DNA of 64,000 nucleotides. Source: Psammoneis japonica. Taxonomy: Eukaryota. Below the pieces are notes generated by a model, which did not search any database, was not told the DNA's origin, and saw only the letters and a program-made list of their open reading frames with translations. Location: the NCBI GenBank assembly GCA_008632985.1, contig QPGO01000271.1:1-64000 (forward strand), written 5' to 3'. A program made the position numbers and the translations under genes. This document shows, in pieces, positions 46,101 to 59,836 of the stretch; the stretch's first letter is position 1; the number at the start of each line of letters is the position of its first letter.

Positions 46101-47844
46101 CCAACATTTTTTCTGCCAGCTCAATGCCTTCCGCCTTGTCCTTTTTGTCAATGGCAAACTCACCAACAAAACGGTGTCCTTCCTTCTCTTGCTCACTGCT
46201 TGGTGCCTTGTTTGCCAGTGTTGTCATCTGGTTGAGTGGGGGTTGTGGTGTTTTGAATTTTTGCAAGCAGCCTTTTTTTCCTTCCTGGTGCACTCTTTCT
46301 TTGGACCCAGCCATCTTGCTCTTGACGACATGAGATTTCATTTCACCTGGGTGTGTCAGCAACTTGCCATGTTTCTGACATGACGTTGTTGGCCAATGGG
46401 CAAATTTCCGGCATCCATCAACAGAACACTTTCATGCCATTCTCTGAAAATGCCGGTTCCACCAAATCAAATGGCACCCAGTCTTTTTTTGAGTGGAGCA
46501 GACCCAATTCAGCAAAAGTCCACATCCATTGCTGTGCAACAAACACGGCTTTCTTGCAAAATGTGTGTTGCCAATGGCAGCCCATCTGTCGGGTGCACCA
46601 CAGACATTTTTTTCATAAACAGCCCCATGTGATGCAATCTTCGTTGATCCTGTTTGCTGCATGATCTCATTGAATGGGCCATCCCAGCCATCTCAAAAGT
46701 GCAGAAAACAATTTGGTCACACACTGTCTTGCCAGTGTTGTTGTGAGATGTTTTCATGTCGACACCGCGGCAGACACAAAGGAACAGCCACCATCCACCA
46801 TTCATTCCACGTCACAAACTCTTTTGGAAGAATGCACACAATGAACAATTGCAAATGACAGGTGTCACTTTTTCATCAATGCACCTGTCTGTCAACAGAG
46901 CAATTTGGCATCACTTTTTTGTCATTGCAGCTGTGTGTCAACAGAGCAATTTGGCATCACTTTTCTGTTGTTGCACACATTTGTTGACAGAAGAATTTGG
47001 CGTCAGTTTTTTGTTAATGCACGTGTCTGTCAATGCACACCTTTGGCATCATTTTTTTATTTGCACACTTGACACCAGCCTGCACATTGTCGTGATGCAA
47101 AGCACATCTCCCGCAGCAAACCACACTCTCCCAAATCTTGTCCAAGTCACTGATCAATGCATGTTGAGCAGTGAACAGACAACGTTGGGGTGACTCTGTC
47201 TCTTGTCCTCTGCAGCCTTGTCATTTCCTTTGCAAAACAACAACCTCAAAATCATCCCACCCCAAAGAATGCCACCCAATCACTTGCCTGTTGCGCCACC
47301 TTGCCAAAATGGAACCAACGAATCTCTTTTTCGTCCAGTGCATCACACTTCTTTCCCAATGACATTCCACCTGACTCAACCTGACATTGCTTTGCCGCTG
47401 CCATGTCCCAAAACAGCGTTGACCAACGATCCATCTGGCCGTTGTCTCCCGCTGGTGCATCTGGCCCCGTTTGGCACAGAAAACAGCCTTGACACCAAAT
47501 TGAGGCTCTGCATTGTTCTCCCACACGTTGGGTGAGTGAACGCGGTCATGTTTGTTCATCACTCAAAAAAAGGGGTTTGACAGATCACTTGATCCGCGGC
47601 ATTGTGCTGATGATGTTTTTGATGCAAAAATCTTTGTGTTCAAGAGCAGTGGGAAGAGCAATGTGTGCAACCCAAACCACCTTGGTGAATTTGCAAAATG
47701 GCTGGCACACCCAAGCTGCATTAGATTGGCTTTGAAGGAGGCGGCCCTCCCAGAGCTGGCTCAACAAAAGAAAAAGAGGCGCGCAGGAAAATCATTGATG
47801 CTCGCCACTTCCAAACCAAAAAATGCAAAAGATCCACAGCGGCT

Positions 47845-48310
47845 CAGGCAGGGGATTGCATCTTGCGTGCTGCTTCCAATTCCCATCTGTTTCTCACCCA
47901 ACAAAATTCTTGTTGATGTGTCCTAGAATGAAAGCAAAGCCAAAAGTCCAACGATTGCAACCGGCGTCAATTCCAGTGTGGAGGTTGCCCATGACTGCGA
48001 CAATGACACAACATGGGCGGAGACAGATGTCATGGATGATGAACCTCAAATTTTGACTGGCGCAGACAGTGAAGAAGTTTTGCCTGCAAGGGATTTCATC
48101 TGTTGCACTGCTTCCATTTCCCATCTGTTCCCCACCTGACAAAATGCATGTTGATGTCTCCTGACAAAATGCATGTTGATGTCTCCCAGAATGAAAGCAA
48201 AGCTCAAAGTCAAACGATTCCTGCCGGTGTCGACTCCATTCAGGAGGCTGCCCACGACAATGACAATGACACAACATGGGCGGAGACGGACAACATGGAT
48301 GACAAACATT
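47845..48310 (+). repeat. ~240-bp diverged tandem duplication
   Basis: GGGATT.CATCT..CTGCTTCCA.TTCCCATCTGTT..AGAATGAAAGCAAAGC..ACAACATGGGCGGAGAC occurs twice. Confidence 0.75.
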
Positions 48311-51300
48311 CAATTGATGCCAGCAGATTGTTGGCAGCTGGCATGGAAGTCAGTGGTGATTTAAATGGAAGTGACAAAGATGCACGCAATGGCACTCAAA
48401 CTCAATGCCCACAGGATCTTGGATGTGACGTTTGCACAATTGACAAGAGGATGCGCTGTGCTTCCTCGCTGAAGCACACAGAGTGCGATGTTCTGAGCTT
48501 GCACAGATCAGTGGAGTGGAAGAGATTGTCCAAAGAGACAAAGTTTGATCACATTTGCTTTGACTGCGTGCATTCAAACCCGGTGCATCTCTTGGCTTCA
48601 GTTCCAAAGGGACCTTTTTTCCAAGATGCACTCAGGGAGCTGCTGCGGTTGCTGACAGATGTTGGAAGAGCACCCAATTTGCTTCTTGCGTGAAGAGCAA
48701 GCATGCGACGAGGTCCCTGTCCTTCAAGATGAGGCACAAGCAGACATCTCTGCCTGCGGAAAGTTTTGCACAAGGGAAGAATGCATTGAGGATTGTGAGT
48801 TAAAACACAAAGAAGTGAAACAGCTCACACAAACAGATGAAGCTGTGCTGGCACTTTTTTCAGATTTCAGGGGTCCAGTCAAACACATCGGATTAACTGG
48901 AAGAAGAAAAGACCCTTGCCATGCACCAGTTTTCACCGGTGATGACTGTGTGCATTGCCCAACATGCTGTCTCAAGAGACACGAGCATTTTCTGTGATGC
49001 CCACATTGCAGGCCAGCTCCCATCTGGAATGCTGTGCAGTTTGATCTTGACTTCAAAGACGTGCCTGACTCAGCATGTGGAACAAAAAACAGCAAGAAAA
49101 CCAAGGAAGAATCTCTCCTCCAGCAAATCAAACAGTGCAATGCCAATCTTGTCAGCTGTTGGAGGCAGAAGGACCAACCACATGGGGTGGGTGGCAAGAA
49201 CTGGGGTTTGTTGTCAATGCATCCCAAAAGCATTGGCAACAATTCGAACAATGAAAGAGAACTGAAGCAAAAATTCTTCCTGAAACAACCTCGCCGGAAG
49301 TCCAACAAGCTGTCTGATGCGTTCGACAATGATGCGCCATTTGTTGAAAAACCAGGCAGGGAGGGAACGAGGTGTTGCCTTGTCATCCACTTTAAGCTGC
49401 GTGCAATGGCACATGGCGTGATGGGTCCGAATGCTTTGGAGCAAATGTGTCGGCACCTTCAATGCAAGGCAGAGATTCTGCGTTCGGATGCCAACCACCC
49501 GCACAGGGCAAGCGATCCAACTCGTCCATTCGTTTTGAACAAAGATGCAATGGAGGGAATTGCCAACGATGCCGTCTTCAGGTCGTGCAAGTTTGACAAA
49601 AGAATTCTTGGATCAGGTTTGTCAACACAGTTCAGAGCCATTGTTGAACAGGGGCTGAGCACTGGGTTGGCACGAGAGTTTTTGCTTGCTGCAAAGTTTG
49701 ACCGTTCATTTCAAGGGACTGTTGCCAAAGATTTTGGTGTGAATGGAGTGATTGCTCAAGGTTGGAGCTGTCATGGTGGATCAGGTGTTGCAAGGCCTGG
49801 AACGATGGAAAAGGAAAAAAAGACCTCACTCCGAGATGCAGACAGTGAATTTTGCAACTGACCGTGATTTTGGTTCACGTTGTGCACCAAAAAGCTTTGC
49901 AGGGAACACCAAGGTCTTCCCAAGGAGAAATGTTGGAGGAAAGATGAAGGTTGTCTGAGAAACACCAAGTCTGGTTGGGTTGCCCAGAATGATTGCGAGG
50001 TGTGTTAAAGCTCAATGAGGCAGGATCTCACATCACCGGTTTTCCTTTAAAACACTTCGACGGGGAAAATGAGTGGGAATTCCTCTTGGATGACATTGGC
50101 AATGGTGTTGTCTTCATTGATGATTGGCATGATTGCAACACTGGTGCTGATTTGATGGACAAGCTGAAAAGGCATTTGGTGCCCATCACGAACACAACGT
50201 TTGACTGTCTGTCGTGCAACAGAGAGATTGTCGGAATTCAGTTACGAAAGCTGCTGTTCAAGACGGATTGTGAACATGCAAATGCCCCATTGGAGCAACT
50301 GGAATCCCCGACAGATGGCTTCAACCTCTCCACTGTGGAGAACAAAGATGACACTCAGCACGCTGCCCACTGTGTCAGGGATCACCTCCAGTGATTTGAC
50401 AGTGGTGACCATGAAGGCATGTTGGGATTGCTTGTTGACGAAGGCTCAGACAGAGACCTTCTCCTGAGACCAATCACCCACAGCTTGTTCAATTTCACAT
50501 TTCACTGTGAGGGGCACATCACTTTTCACCATGGAGATGAATCCGCGGCATTTGTGGGCATGGAGTTCAATGGTGCACCTCTTGTTGCTCTTGTTGCATT
50601 GAGGGAATCTGCAAAACCCGAAAACCAAGAATCCATGAAGACTTTCTTGCAGAAAAATGAGATGGGATTGTTGTGTTGCCGGTTGGCGTCGATGATGAAG
50701 CAATTGAAGAATGACGGTGACATGAATGGAACAACGTGTTCGACGTTACAGAGATTTCAATGCATGGATCCTTTGTTGACCAACGTTGAGGAGATGGGAA
50801 TCTGCTGTGCATTCATTTCCAGTCAATTTGATGTTCTGCGGGCAAAGGACACTGGTGGAAGTCACAAATCTGCTGGGGAACTTTTGTTTTGTTGCAAAGC
50901 CAGGAAGAACAAACTGCCAAAGCAGTGGCTGCCAAGCACAAGATTGGGCGATGTGCACGTGGCTTTGATGATCCAATTGGCTTCTGTCGCGGGACAAATC
51001 CCCCCTGAAAATGCAGCAGTGGCGCGCACATCCAAGGGTGATTCTGGATTTCATCTGTTTGTTGACATGTGTGTTGTCGGGAAGGAAGCACGTGCGAGAG
51101 GCGAATGGATCTCCTCGTTGAAGGCAAGGGAAGTTGTTCAAAATGCAATTGAAGTTGCAAGAAAAAATGGTGGAAGACCAACTTGGGCCAAATGTGACCA
51201 GCTGGGCTGCAGGGAATGTCGATCGATGAACAACAAGTTGCGCAAGGATCCATGCTGCCTCGTGTCGAGAGAGCAGGGTGTGTCACCCGTTCGCTCTCTG

Positions 51301-51504
51301 GAACTTTCGAATGAGTCGACAAGCGGTTTGTGGCCTGAGGAATTGGAGCACAGGATTGAACATTTCATTTGTGATCAATGGTGTGATTTGTCAACTCATG
51401 TCGATGTTCACTCTTGTGTCAAGTCAAAGCATGACTTGACAAAGCAGAGGGGTTTGCTCCAATTCCAAGAATCGAAACTGAGTGGGACCAACCAGTGCTT
51501 TTAG
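48103..51504 (+). pseudogene. Long degraded plus-strand coding region of unknown function
   Basis: Run of protein-like ORFs (48103-48693, 49034-49861, 49993-50394, 50419-51504); no motif recognised. Confidence 0.35.
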
Positions 51505-53138
51505 ATGTGTTGGCAAGCCATTGCTCTTCACTGCACTTGCTGATAGAAGGAGCAACAATGAGTGGTGCCAACAGATGCTTTTAGACAGGTTGACACACCT
51601 TTTGCAGTGAGCTCATCAGAGCACAGAGAGAAGGCTTAAAAAATGTTTGCGAGCATTTCCTTTTTCCCAAGGTGTGTTGTCATTTCTCTTTGTCTTGCTT
51701 CCTGCATTTGTCTGGGTGAAGCTGGAGCACTTTGTTGGACAAGAAATAATTTGGCCAGTCATTGTGTCTGTCTGCAACAAACAACAATGAGTTTGAGCAT
51801 CCCAGTGCTTCAACGTTGTCTTCATTGCAGTTGTTGGGAACAAGGACAGAGAAACCACCCGTTGCCATTGCGTCTCTGCCAGCATGCCAAGATTTTGGGA
51901 TTGTCTGAGAATCTCTGCCACAACCAACAGTTGTTGTTTCAAGTTCCCAGTGCTCAACCACACCGTTGGAAGACTTGTCACGTGACGTCTTTGTCTGTTC
52001 CTTGCACGACTGTCCCACGGCAAGCGGCGCTGTTCCATCATCAGCCAACACAAAACCAAGGAGCACAAACGGGTGCCTTTTTTCTGACCAGTTCCCTCTT
52101 CATGCAAGACCCTGGGTGTGTCATGCCACAACCCATTGTTGTTGTGATTGGGGTGTCCATGCATTAAAATCCCTTTCTCTGGTGTGGCAAACTCCGAGTG
52201 AACAACTGCTTCATCATGCTTGGCAGACAGTTCCTCCGTTGGCAACAACAAAAACTCAAGCAGGGTAGAGTCCAATTCTGCAGTTTCTGGGATGACACGG
52301 ATCTTGTTGCTGCCTGAACACTGATGGCAAGTTTGGGTGGTTCTGTTCACAACAAACAAGGGGTGCATCAATTTTTCTTCAGAGGAATTTTCGCTTGCCT
52401 GACCAACCATGGGAGGGATGAGAAGGCTGTGTGCCTTCTCAAGAACTGCCACGTCATGCAAACGAACAATGAGTTGGTCCAAAAAATTGTCTGCACCCAA
52501 TGCAACCTGGCAAGTTTTTGCCGGAAGCTTGGCCCAGAACTTCAGGTGACTCTCTCCAATCATGGCAGAGAAATTTGCAATCTGGCCACAAAGGAAAGAG
52601 TCAACAACAAGATGCAGCACAGAATGGAGCTTGGCGGTCCAGAACAAACAAGTGTTCCTTGCACGACAAAGGCATGCTTTTATCTTGAACAAGAGCAGGA
52701 CAACGCGGCACTTGAAATCCACCTTTCCTGGTTTTCCACAGAGTTCTTTTCCGCAGAGACAAAATGAATGGAAAAGCAGCACATGATGCAACAAGTCCAA
52801 CAATTCATCAACTCCACAATCAACGGATTTTTCCACTGTCGTTTCTTCATCTGCTGTCTTCACAAAAGATTCAGGAAGTTTGTTTTCCATTTCCACACAG
52901 ATGACAGTGCTTGGCAATTTTGACTTGGTGAGAAGAAAGTGCCGTCTGTCCGCACACCTTGCAAAGTTGTCCCGATCACCCACCAAATCAACAACAAGAC
53001 CATGTGGTCCGGGTGTTGACAATTGATCAGGTGAAGTCTCAACAGCCCGTTGTTTCTGTCTCAATGATTTGGTTTCATCCCATGCAATCTTCTGGCACAA
53101 CAAAAAGCAATCGTTGCCCAGTTGCTTGGAAAATGGTT

Positions 53139-53527
53139 GACGCGTTCCAGCCCCAGGTGGGACTCCGTGTGACATTGGGCCCGTAGAATTCTGCATGCGA
53201 GCTCCGCAGCACAAGAATTTAATTGATGGACACATTCATCTTCAACATCAAATGAGCTGCCAAGTTTGTGGTGCAATTGTGCCTCTTGCTGCTCAACGTT
53301 TTTGCAAATGAACCTGCCCTGCATGATTCTCAAGACATTGCAGAATCGTGCTGCAACAAAAAATGTCAAAAGTTTTTGGACGGATCGCTCAACAAGTGCA
53401 CCGTAAAATGACACAAAATGTCAAAAAATCACGTAGAATTCTACGTGCGCGACATGCGACGAGATTCAAAAAACTGTCGATGTCACAGTTCAGCAGTGCG
53501 AGGTCCCACCCAGACCTGGAACGCGTC
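53139..53527. mobile_element. MITE (GACGCGTTCCAG family), TSD GGTT
   Basis: GACGCGTTCCAGCCCCAGGTGGGA...TCCCACCCAGACCTGGAACGCGTC; GGTT on both sides. Confidence 0.92.
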
Positions 53528-54411
53528 GGTTCCCAAAATTCAGAAAGGCCGTGACGATGCATCTGTTGCATCACACAGTTTTGGTGATGGAGATCGGATG
53601 GGTCGCAGGTGACATCAGACCATGTCTCTTTAGGAAGTGCAACAAGCACATTCTCATCAACCAGGCTTGTGTTTGTTTTGCCAGTTTGTTCATTGGATGG
53701 TTCAACTGGATCAGTGCCCTCATTGTTGGGTTCACTTTCTGATGATTTGGTCAATTGTTCATCTTGTTGCTTCTTTCCTTTAAAGCCATCAGCCGTCTTT
53801 TTCTTTTTGCTGTCAAAGGATGGATCGCACCTTTTTTCCAGCAGTTTTCTGCCAGCATGTGTGTGGCCAATGATTGCAAGTGCAAGAAGCTTGCCCATCT
53901 TCTTGTCACACGCAAGTTGACTGAGTGTGGAAAGTCCCCCGTTAACTCGAATTCGCGGACAGTCACATCTCTGACCTGGACAACAATGGGATGTGCAGAA
54001 TGACTCGGATGCAATCCGGTTGCATTCCTCTTTTGGTTTGGCAGACATCTCTCCTGTGATTGCCTCCATCATTTGAGGGACAATGCCCGCCTCCAATGCA
54101 TGCATTGTGCCAGCAATGGTCATGCCAAATGCACCACGCGCCCATGTCAAGTGGAAAGCAAGCATTGTCCACAGCGTGCTGTCCAAACACTTTTCTCAAA
54201 ATTTTGGAGCATGCAGTCATTCAGCAAATGAGGGAGGAAGCTGGCTCAGTCCCAGCCTTTGTTTTGATGTCGTTGTGCGATGCTTCCGGGAAATGCTTTT
54301 GACACACTGGCGCCAATGGCTGTTGTCATCCTCTGGAGCCAGACCCAATGCAGCAACAACGAGCAACTCTGTGAAAGCTTGGTCAAAGAATTGGCAGACA
54401 TGGAGGGGATC

Positions 54412-54958
54412 TGCAGCATGCGTGCAGACAAAAGGTTGTTTTTGTCACACCCTTTGTGACATTTAAAGGCTGCAACACGTTGCCGTGATGCGTTGACTCT
54501 CACTGGTGGCTGTGTGTGCATGCAGACAAAAGGTTGTTTTTGTCACGCCCTTTGTGACATTTGAGGGCTGCAACACGTCGCCATGACACACAAACTCTTG
54601 TCAGCAGCTGCACGTTGCACTCTCCTCCCCATGTGTCACGCGTCCATGCGGCTCTTTGCTGACGTGTGCTGACACTGCACGGTTTTGGCGAGCAGTGTGG
54701 GTGCGTGCGAAGGAACACACAGAACTGCACAGAGTTTTGTGCGTTCGACAGTGATCAACGTTGCTGCAGACAACTCCCACTCAGGGTTTCGAACCCCTGG
54801 CCTCCTGCCCAATGGTTGCGATGAACCACTCCGCCATGAATTCACAACGCAGCATGCATGCAGACAAAAGGTTGTTTTTTGTCACGCCCTTTGTGACATT
54901 TAAAGGCTGTGACACGTCGCCGTGATGCATCAACTCTCATTGGCAGCTGTGTGTTGCA
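54412..54958 (-). mobile_element. TRIM with three LTR units, TSD GATC
   Basis: LTRs ~54412-54516, ~54517-54619, 54848-54958; interior matches 26236-26462; GATC at 54408-54411 and 54959-54962. Confidence 0.88.
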
Positions 54959-57375
54959 GATCATCAGAATGGTGGGAGGGCACATGGCAGTTTGTGAGAC
55001 AACCTCTTGGTCTTGCTTTGGCCCGCGACTCTTCCACAAATGCACTCTTGATTGAGGATGTCCCACAACATGGAGTTGCAATGCATTGTGGCTCTGACAT
55101 GGCGGCATTGAGTGCCTGTCATTGCATGAACAATGGGTGGATTCGCCTGGCAATGAAGCAGACCACAGAGAACCTCCTTGAGAGTGCAGTGACAGTTGGC
55201 AACAACAAGGCACCCAAGCTTGTCTTCTTGTCTTTCCTGTCCAAATTGGGCATGAATCCAAGTGGACGCCAACAATGGCAGTCAAGGCGTGCATCCTCTC
55301 GAATCATGGCAAGTGAGTGCATTGCAGGCTCCATCCCATGAGGGTTGACCGCATGGACTCCGGTCTTGTCCGAGCAGCCAACAAAGTGAACGTGAAAATC
55401 AGAGGCCGTTTCCTTGGCATTGGAGCAACGTTGTTGCCATGCGCTGTCACCCATGTCTTGACTTTGAGCAGACAATCTCCAGTCACCAGGACAGTCCAGG
55501 AACGACATCTCAAAACTGTCAGCCTGGCTGGTGCTGGGATCCAAATTGCCAACAGTGGGGGGTGGCACACAAGGTGACCAGACGTCATTTGGATTGACCT
55601 GCAACTTGGAAAGATCGTGGAACACTGGCTTGGTGAAGAGATCCTGCAAGGTCTCGGTGAAACTGCAAACTGGGAAAGGTGGGGAGCAATGACATTTTGG
55701 TCCATCTTTCTGTTGCTGTGTTGGATTGTTGCATTCTGGCATCACAGCAGCAGTGCGGGGGAGAGGAACATTGGAAAATGGCCCTGGGAGTTGCTTCATT
55801 GCCACGGCAGTCTTGATAGGTGGCTTTGACAAATCCAGTCTTTTTTCTGCATGCTCTTCATGCAAAATTCTCATTGCTTTGTCAATGAAGTCAATTGCAA
55901 CACCTGGCCAATGACACAAATGCAGCAAATGTGCCATGGGTGCAATGCTGGGTGAGCAGACTGGAGGCACATCAAAATCCTCATCGGGTGCAACATCACG
56001 TGGTGGGCCAAGAGGATTGGAAACAGGCTCTTCCATCGGACAGGAAATTGAGGGGGGCCCACAACTGCCATCGCAACGGTCGGCTCCAATGAACTTGGGG
56101 ACATCCACAGGACTGTCCTCTCCAAGGGTGAACACACCATCATCTGCAAACAAAACAAATTGGCGGGCATTTTGGGAGGCTGCGCTGGTGGCGGCAACGT
56201 TGGTGGCTGAGCGCAATTGACCAGAGCGTCTGACGGAGGGTGGGTGCAGTCCATTTCCGGCAGAGGGAGGACAAGCTGGAGAAGAATTGTCCGATGGTGT
56301 GGGAGGAGATGGAGATGGATTCCAAAGGACTTCGGGGAGGGGAGGAGGGGGTTCATCATCGGAGAAACCAAACCCAGCAGGATCATCATGGCCGTCCAGT
56401 GATTCATCATGGTTGTCCAGTGATTCATCGTCTGGAGGGGGCGGTGCATTGGCAGCATTGGAAGATGTGGCATGTGGGCAAAGGGACATTTCCTCCTTTT
56501 CATGGCAGGGCAAGCACTTCTGCAGATGAAGGGCGATGTTGGAAAAGGGGACATGGCAATGGGGGCATTTGGGTTTGTTGGTGTTGGGCGCAAGGGAGCC
56601 AATGGAGGCAGAATCCAGAGGATGAGAGGAAAGAGATGTTCCGCCAGATGAAGAAGACAATTGGGTTGTGTGGCACAACTGTGTCAATGGGGGATGGAGA
56701 CCAGATGCTGCAGTGCAGCGCCAAGATGGGCGACACTGCACATTGTTTTCGGAGTCAAATCCACGTTGTCCGCAATGAGGACAACTGAAAGACTTGGTGG
56801 AAATGGCGGAATGGAGGCAGTCAGTTGTGATGTGCCTGCTGAGACCACTTTCGGAAAAGAAACCAGTGCGTTTGCACCATGGACAAACCAGACCATCAGA
56901 CGACATGGCCGATGCACAGAGACGAAGGAGTTGAGAAGAGAATCAAAAGGAAATGGTGTGTGCAGCAATGACAATCACTTGGGGATGCAGCGAGGGCAGA
57001 AACACAGAGAAACAACGTGCGATCGATGGGGAAGGCATCGTGGATGGACGGGACAGAAGGATGGAATGGGCAGGGAGAGAAAGTTGAGAAGACAGTTAGA
57101 GTCTACATTGAAGGATGTGTGCAGCAATTTTGATCCAGAAAGTTGATTGACGCACAATCCAGAAATTAAAACAGAATCAAACATGCACATGAGGCTTGTC
57201 GGATGGGGGGGCAAACAGTTGAATTGAGGAAAACAGATGTTTGTTGTTGAATGTTTCACAAATGCTGACTTGACAAATCAGCACGATCTTGGATTAAAGG
57301 GAGAGAATGTCGGGTTTTGTTTCAAGAAATCTTGACGGCCATTGCAACACCTGGATTGCTGGTGTCCCAGATGCA

Positions 57376-57649
57376 GACAACTCACACTCAGGGTTTTGAG
57401 CCCCTGGCCTTCTGCCTGATGACATTTTTTTTTACAGCGCAATTCCATGGTGTCTTGAGAATCGTGCAGGGCAGGCATGTTTGCAAAAACGTTGGTTGGT
57501 GAGAGGCACAATTGCACCACAAACTTGGCCACTCATTTGATGTTGAAGACAAGTGCATCCATCAACCAAACTCTTGCAACACTGAGCTCGCACGCAGAAT
57601 TCTGTGGGCCCAATGTCACACGGAGTCCTGCCTGGGGCTGGAACGCATC
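57376..57649. mobile_element. TRIM tRNA-like fragment fused to a truncated MITE end
   Basis: GACAACTCACACTCAGGGTTTTGAGCCCCTGGCC, then the reverse complement of ~53139-53350 ending CTGGAACGCATC. Confidence 0.7.
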
Positions 57650-59836
57650 TCGTGCCACTGGTCAGGAGGTGCCCCACTGGACCAAATGGGAGGCATTTGA
57701 CACATGCGGCATTTCTCAGGATGACGTTCACATGATCAAACAAAAGCACTTCCAACAATTCTGGATTTTCATTTGGTTTGTCTTGCAACACTTTCAACAG
57801 ATTGCAGTTGTTCGTCTCAAAAATCAAAAGGCAAGTGCGCACCCAAAAATGCATGCAAAGTGCACGCACTTGCCCTTCGATTTGGCAAAAAATGGATTTT
57901 GAAAAGTTCAATTTTCCAAATGCACAAATTGCCAAATGATGGCAATCGAGAGGGAGAGTTGATTTGCCACCAAGTTTGCTGACTGGAAAGTTGGCAGGAG
58001 GGAGGGCATGCAGCATTGGATTGGAGGCATCAAAGGACCAGTTGGAGCACAATCCAAATGGACATGTCAAGTCAGCAACAGTTTGAAAGCCATTGACAAG
58101 GGTTTCTTTGACACATTCACAACAGTGGATGCAAGACACAAGGCAACAACCAACTTTCTTGATGTTCATCACATGGGGTGTGTTTTCCAGCTGGTCTCCA
58201 GATTGCAGCCAGACATCTGCGACTGGTTTCATCAGCTGGCCAACACTGCCAACAAACATGGGTGGGGCACCTGCTCAGATTAAAGAAGCTGAATTTCCCT
58301 TTCAACCTCAGACACAACCACAGGCGTGTTCCAGCCCCAGGTGACGCACAAAACAACAATTGATTTTGAACACAAGTTGTGCATCTTCCAGTGCGTGGAG
58401 CATTTTCACACAAAGCACTTGAGCAGGTTGGCTTTTGCGGGCATCTGGAGCATCAACATTCAAACAAGAACAAGGATGAGGAAGAGGAAGATGAGGAGAA
58501 GAAGAGGAGTGAGGAGGCATCGGAGGAGGAGGAGGAGGAGGAGGAGGAAACCAATGACAACAATGACAAAGATGACAATGACAAAGACAAAGACGACACC
58601 CCCCTCCAGATGAAGAACCAAAGAAAGATTCTTCTGATGAGGGGGGCAAACAGGGGGGGGAACAGCAAGCCACCAGATGATGACAACGTGACTTCTGAAA
58701 AAGACAGAAAGTCAGAGGAGAATGACAAGCAACAGGGGGGGGGGGGGGGGCAAGGAAACAACACAGCAGCTGAAGAGGAGCCGTCTGCTGCAAACCCTGA
58801 GCAACAGGTTGAAGAGGACACCCAAAACATGGAGCAGCAACAGCATCCTGAACAAGCTCACACATGTGGAGAGCAGCGATGCAAGCAAAACTTGGGTGAC
58901 CATGCATTTGGCTTCCTCATCCTCTGAAGCGGAGCTTGGGGCATCAGATGATGACAACCCTTCAAGTGCTGTGGCTGCTGCCAAAGTTTCAGCCATGATG
59001 AAAACCCATCAATGCCACCAAAAAGGAGTTGTTCGAGAAATGCTGGATTGCGAGACAAAGAAGGAAGCCAGGAAGTGCAGGGGGGCAATGGCAGAGGCAG
59101 AAAGTGCAGAAAAAAGGAGCGCACAACGAGGAAGAGAATTGAGGCAAACAAGAAGAAGGGGGGGNNNNNNGGGGGGGGGGAGGAGACAAGAGAGAAGGCA
59201 AGGGAGGCAGCAAAAAAGGAGAAAAGGAAGAATGCCAGCAACCCAAAGAAGGACATGCCATGACAGAAAGAGTGTTGGCAGAGGACCCACCACACATCAA
59301 AACAAATTCGGCCAAGAAAAAAATCATCCAAGTGTCTGTGGAACAAAAAACAACAAAAATGAAGTTCAGGCAGTTGGGCACATGCATTGCCAACAAAATG
59401 TTTGTGTGGAGCATCGCAGTCTCAAAATGGCTGCATTGCTGTGAATCCCACAACATTCATTGTCCACTTTTTGTTTTCAGGTTTGTGGCAATTTGGCACT
59501 CAGTTGCTTGTTCAAGTGTTGCTTTTGGTCATGCTGTCAGTCACAACATGTGAAAAACAATGCAGCGCTGATTCAATTTTTGAAATGACATGTTCTTGGT
59601 TGGACTGTGGTTGACAGGAGCAAAATTGCATTGATCATTGGCAACTGCACGTCCTGAGTTTGACTGTGGTTGCAAAATGGATGCGGGTGTGCATCATTTT
59701 TGCAAGGTTTGTTCTTCAACTGGAGCCACTTTGCATCAATTGGGTGGGGTCTGTCATTCAACCGGAAGCAATTCATGACACCTCATGACCCAAACCCAAA
59801 CCCTCCCATCCCAAATGCACTGCGCACAGTGGCAGA

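Larger units (their letters stand above)
51680..56906 (-). pseudogene. Plavaka-type transposase with N-terminal C2H2 zinc fingers, interrupted by a TRIM and a MITE
   Basis: CPWC..LSRH and CPHC fingers; CSDKTG..MEP..WRPLGFMPNL; ICGR; MHALEAG; KLHSVLH..GESHLKFWAKLPA; HPNH..GLWHD. Confidence 0.7.

Noticed and set aside
46380..46660. SET domain upstream of the dioxygenase (GLFMKK)
   Set aside because: No NHS or ELxxDY motif found; one short match is insufficient.
58470..59230. Acidic/basic low-complexity protein gene
   Set aside because: Simple GAG/GAC/poly-G repeats with an N gap; no domain evidence.
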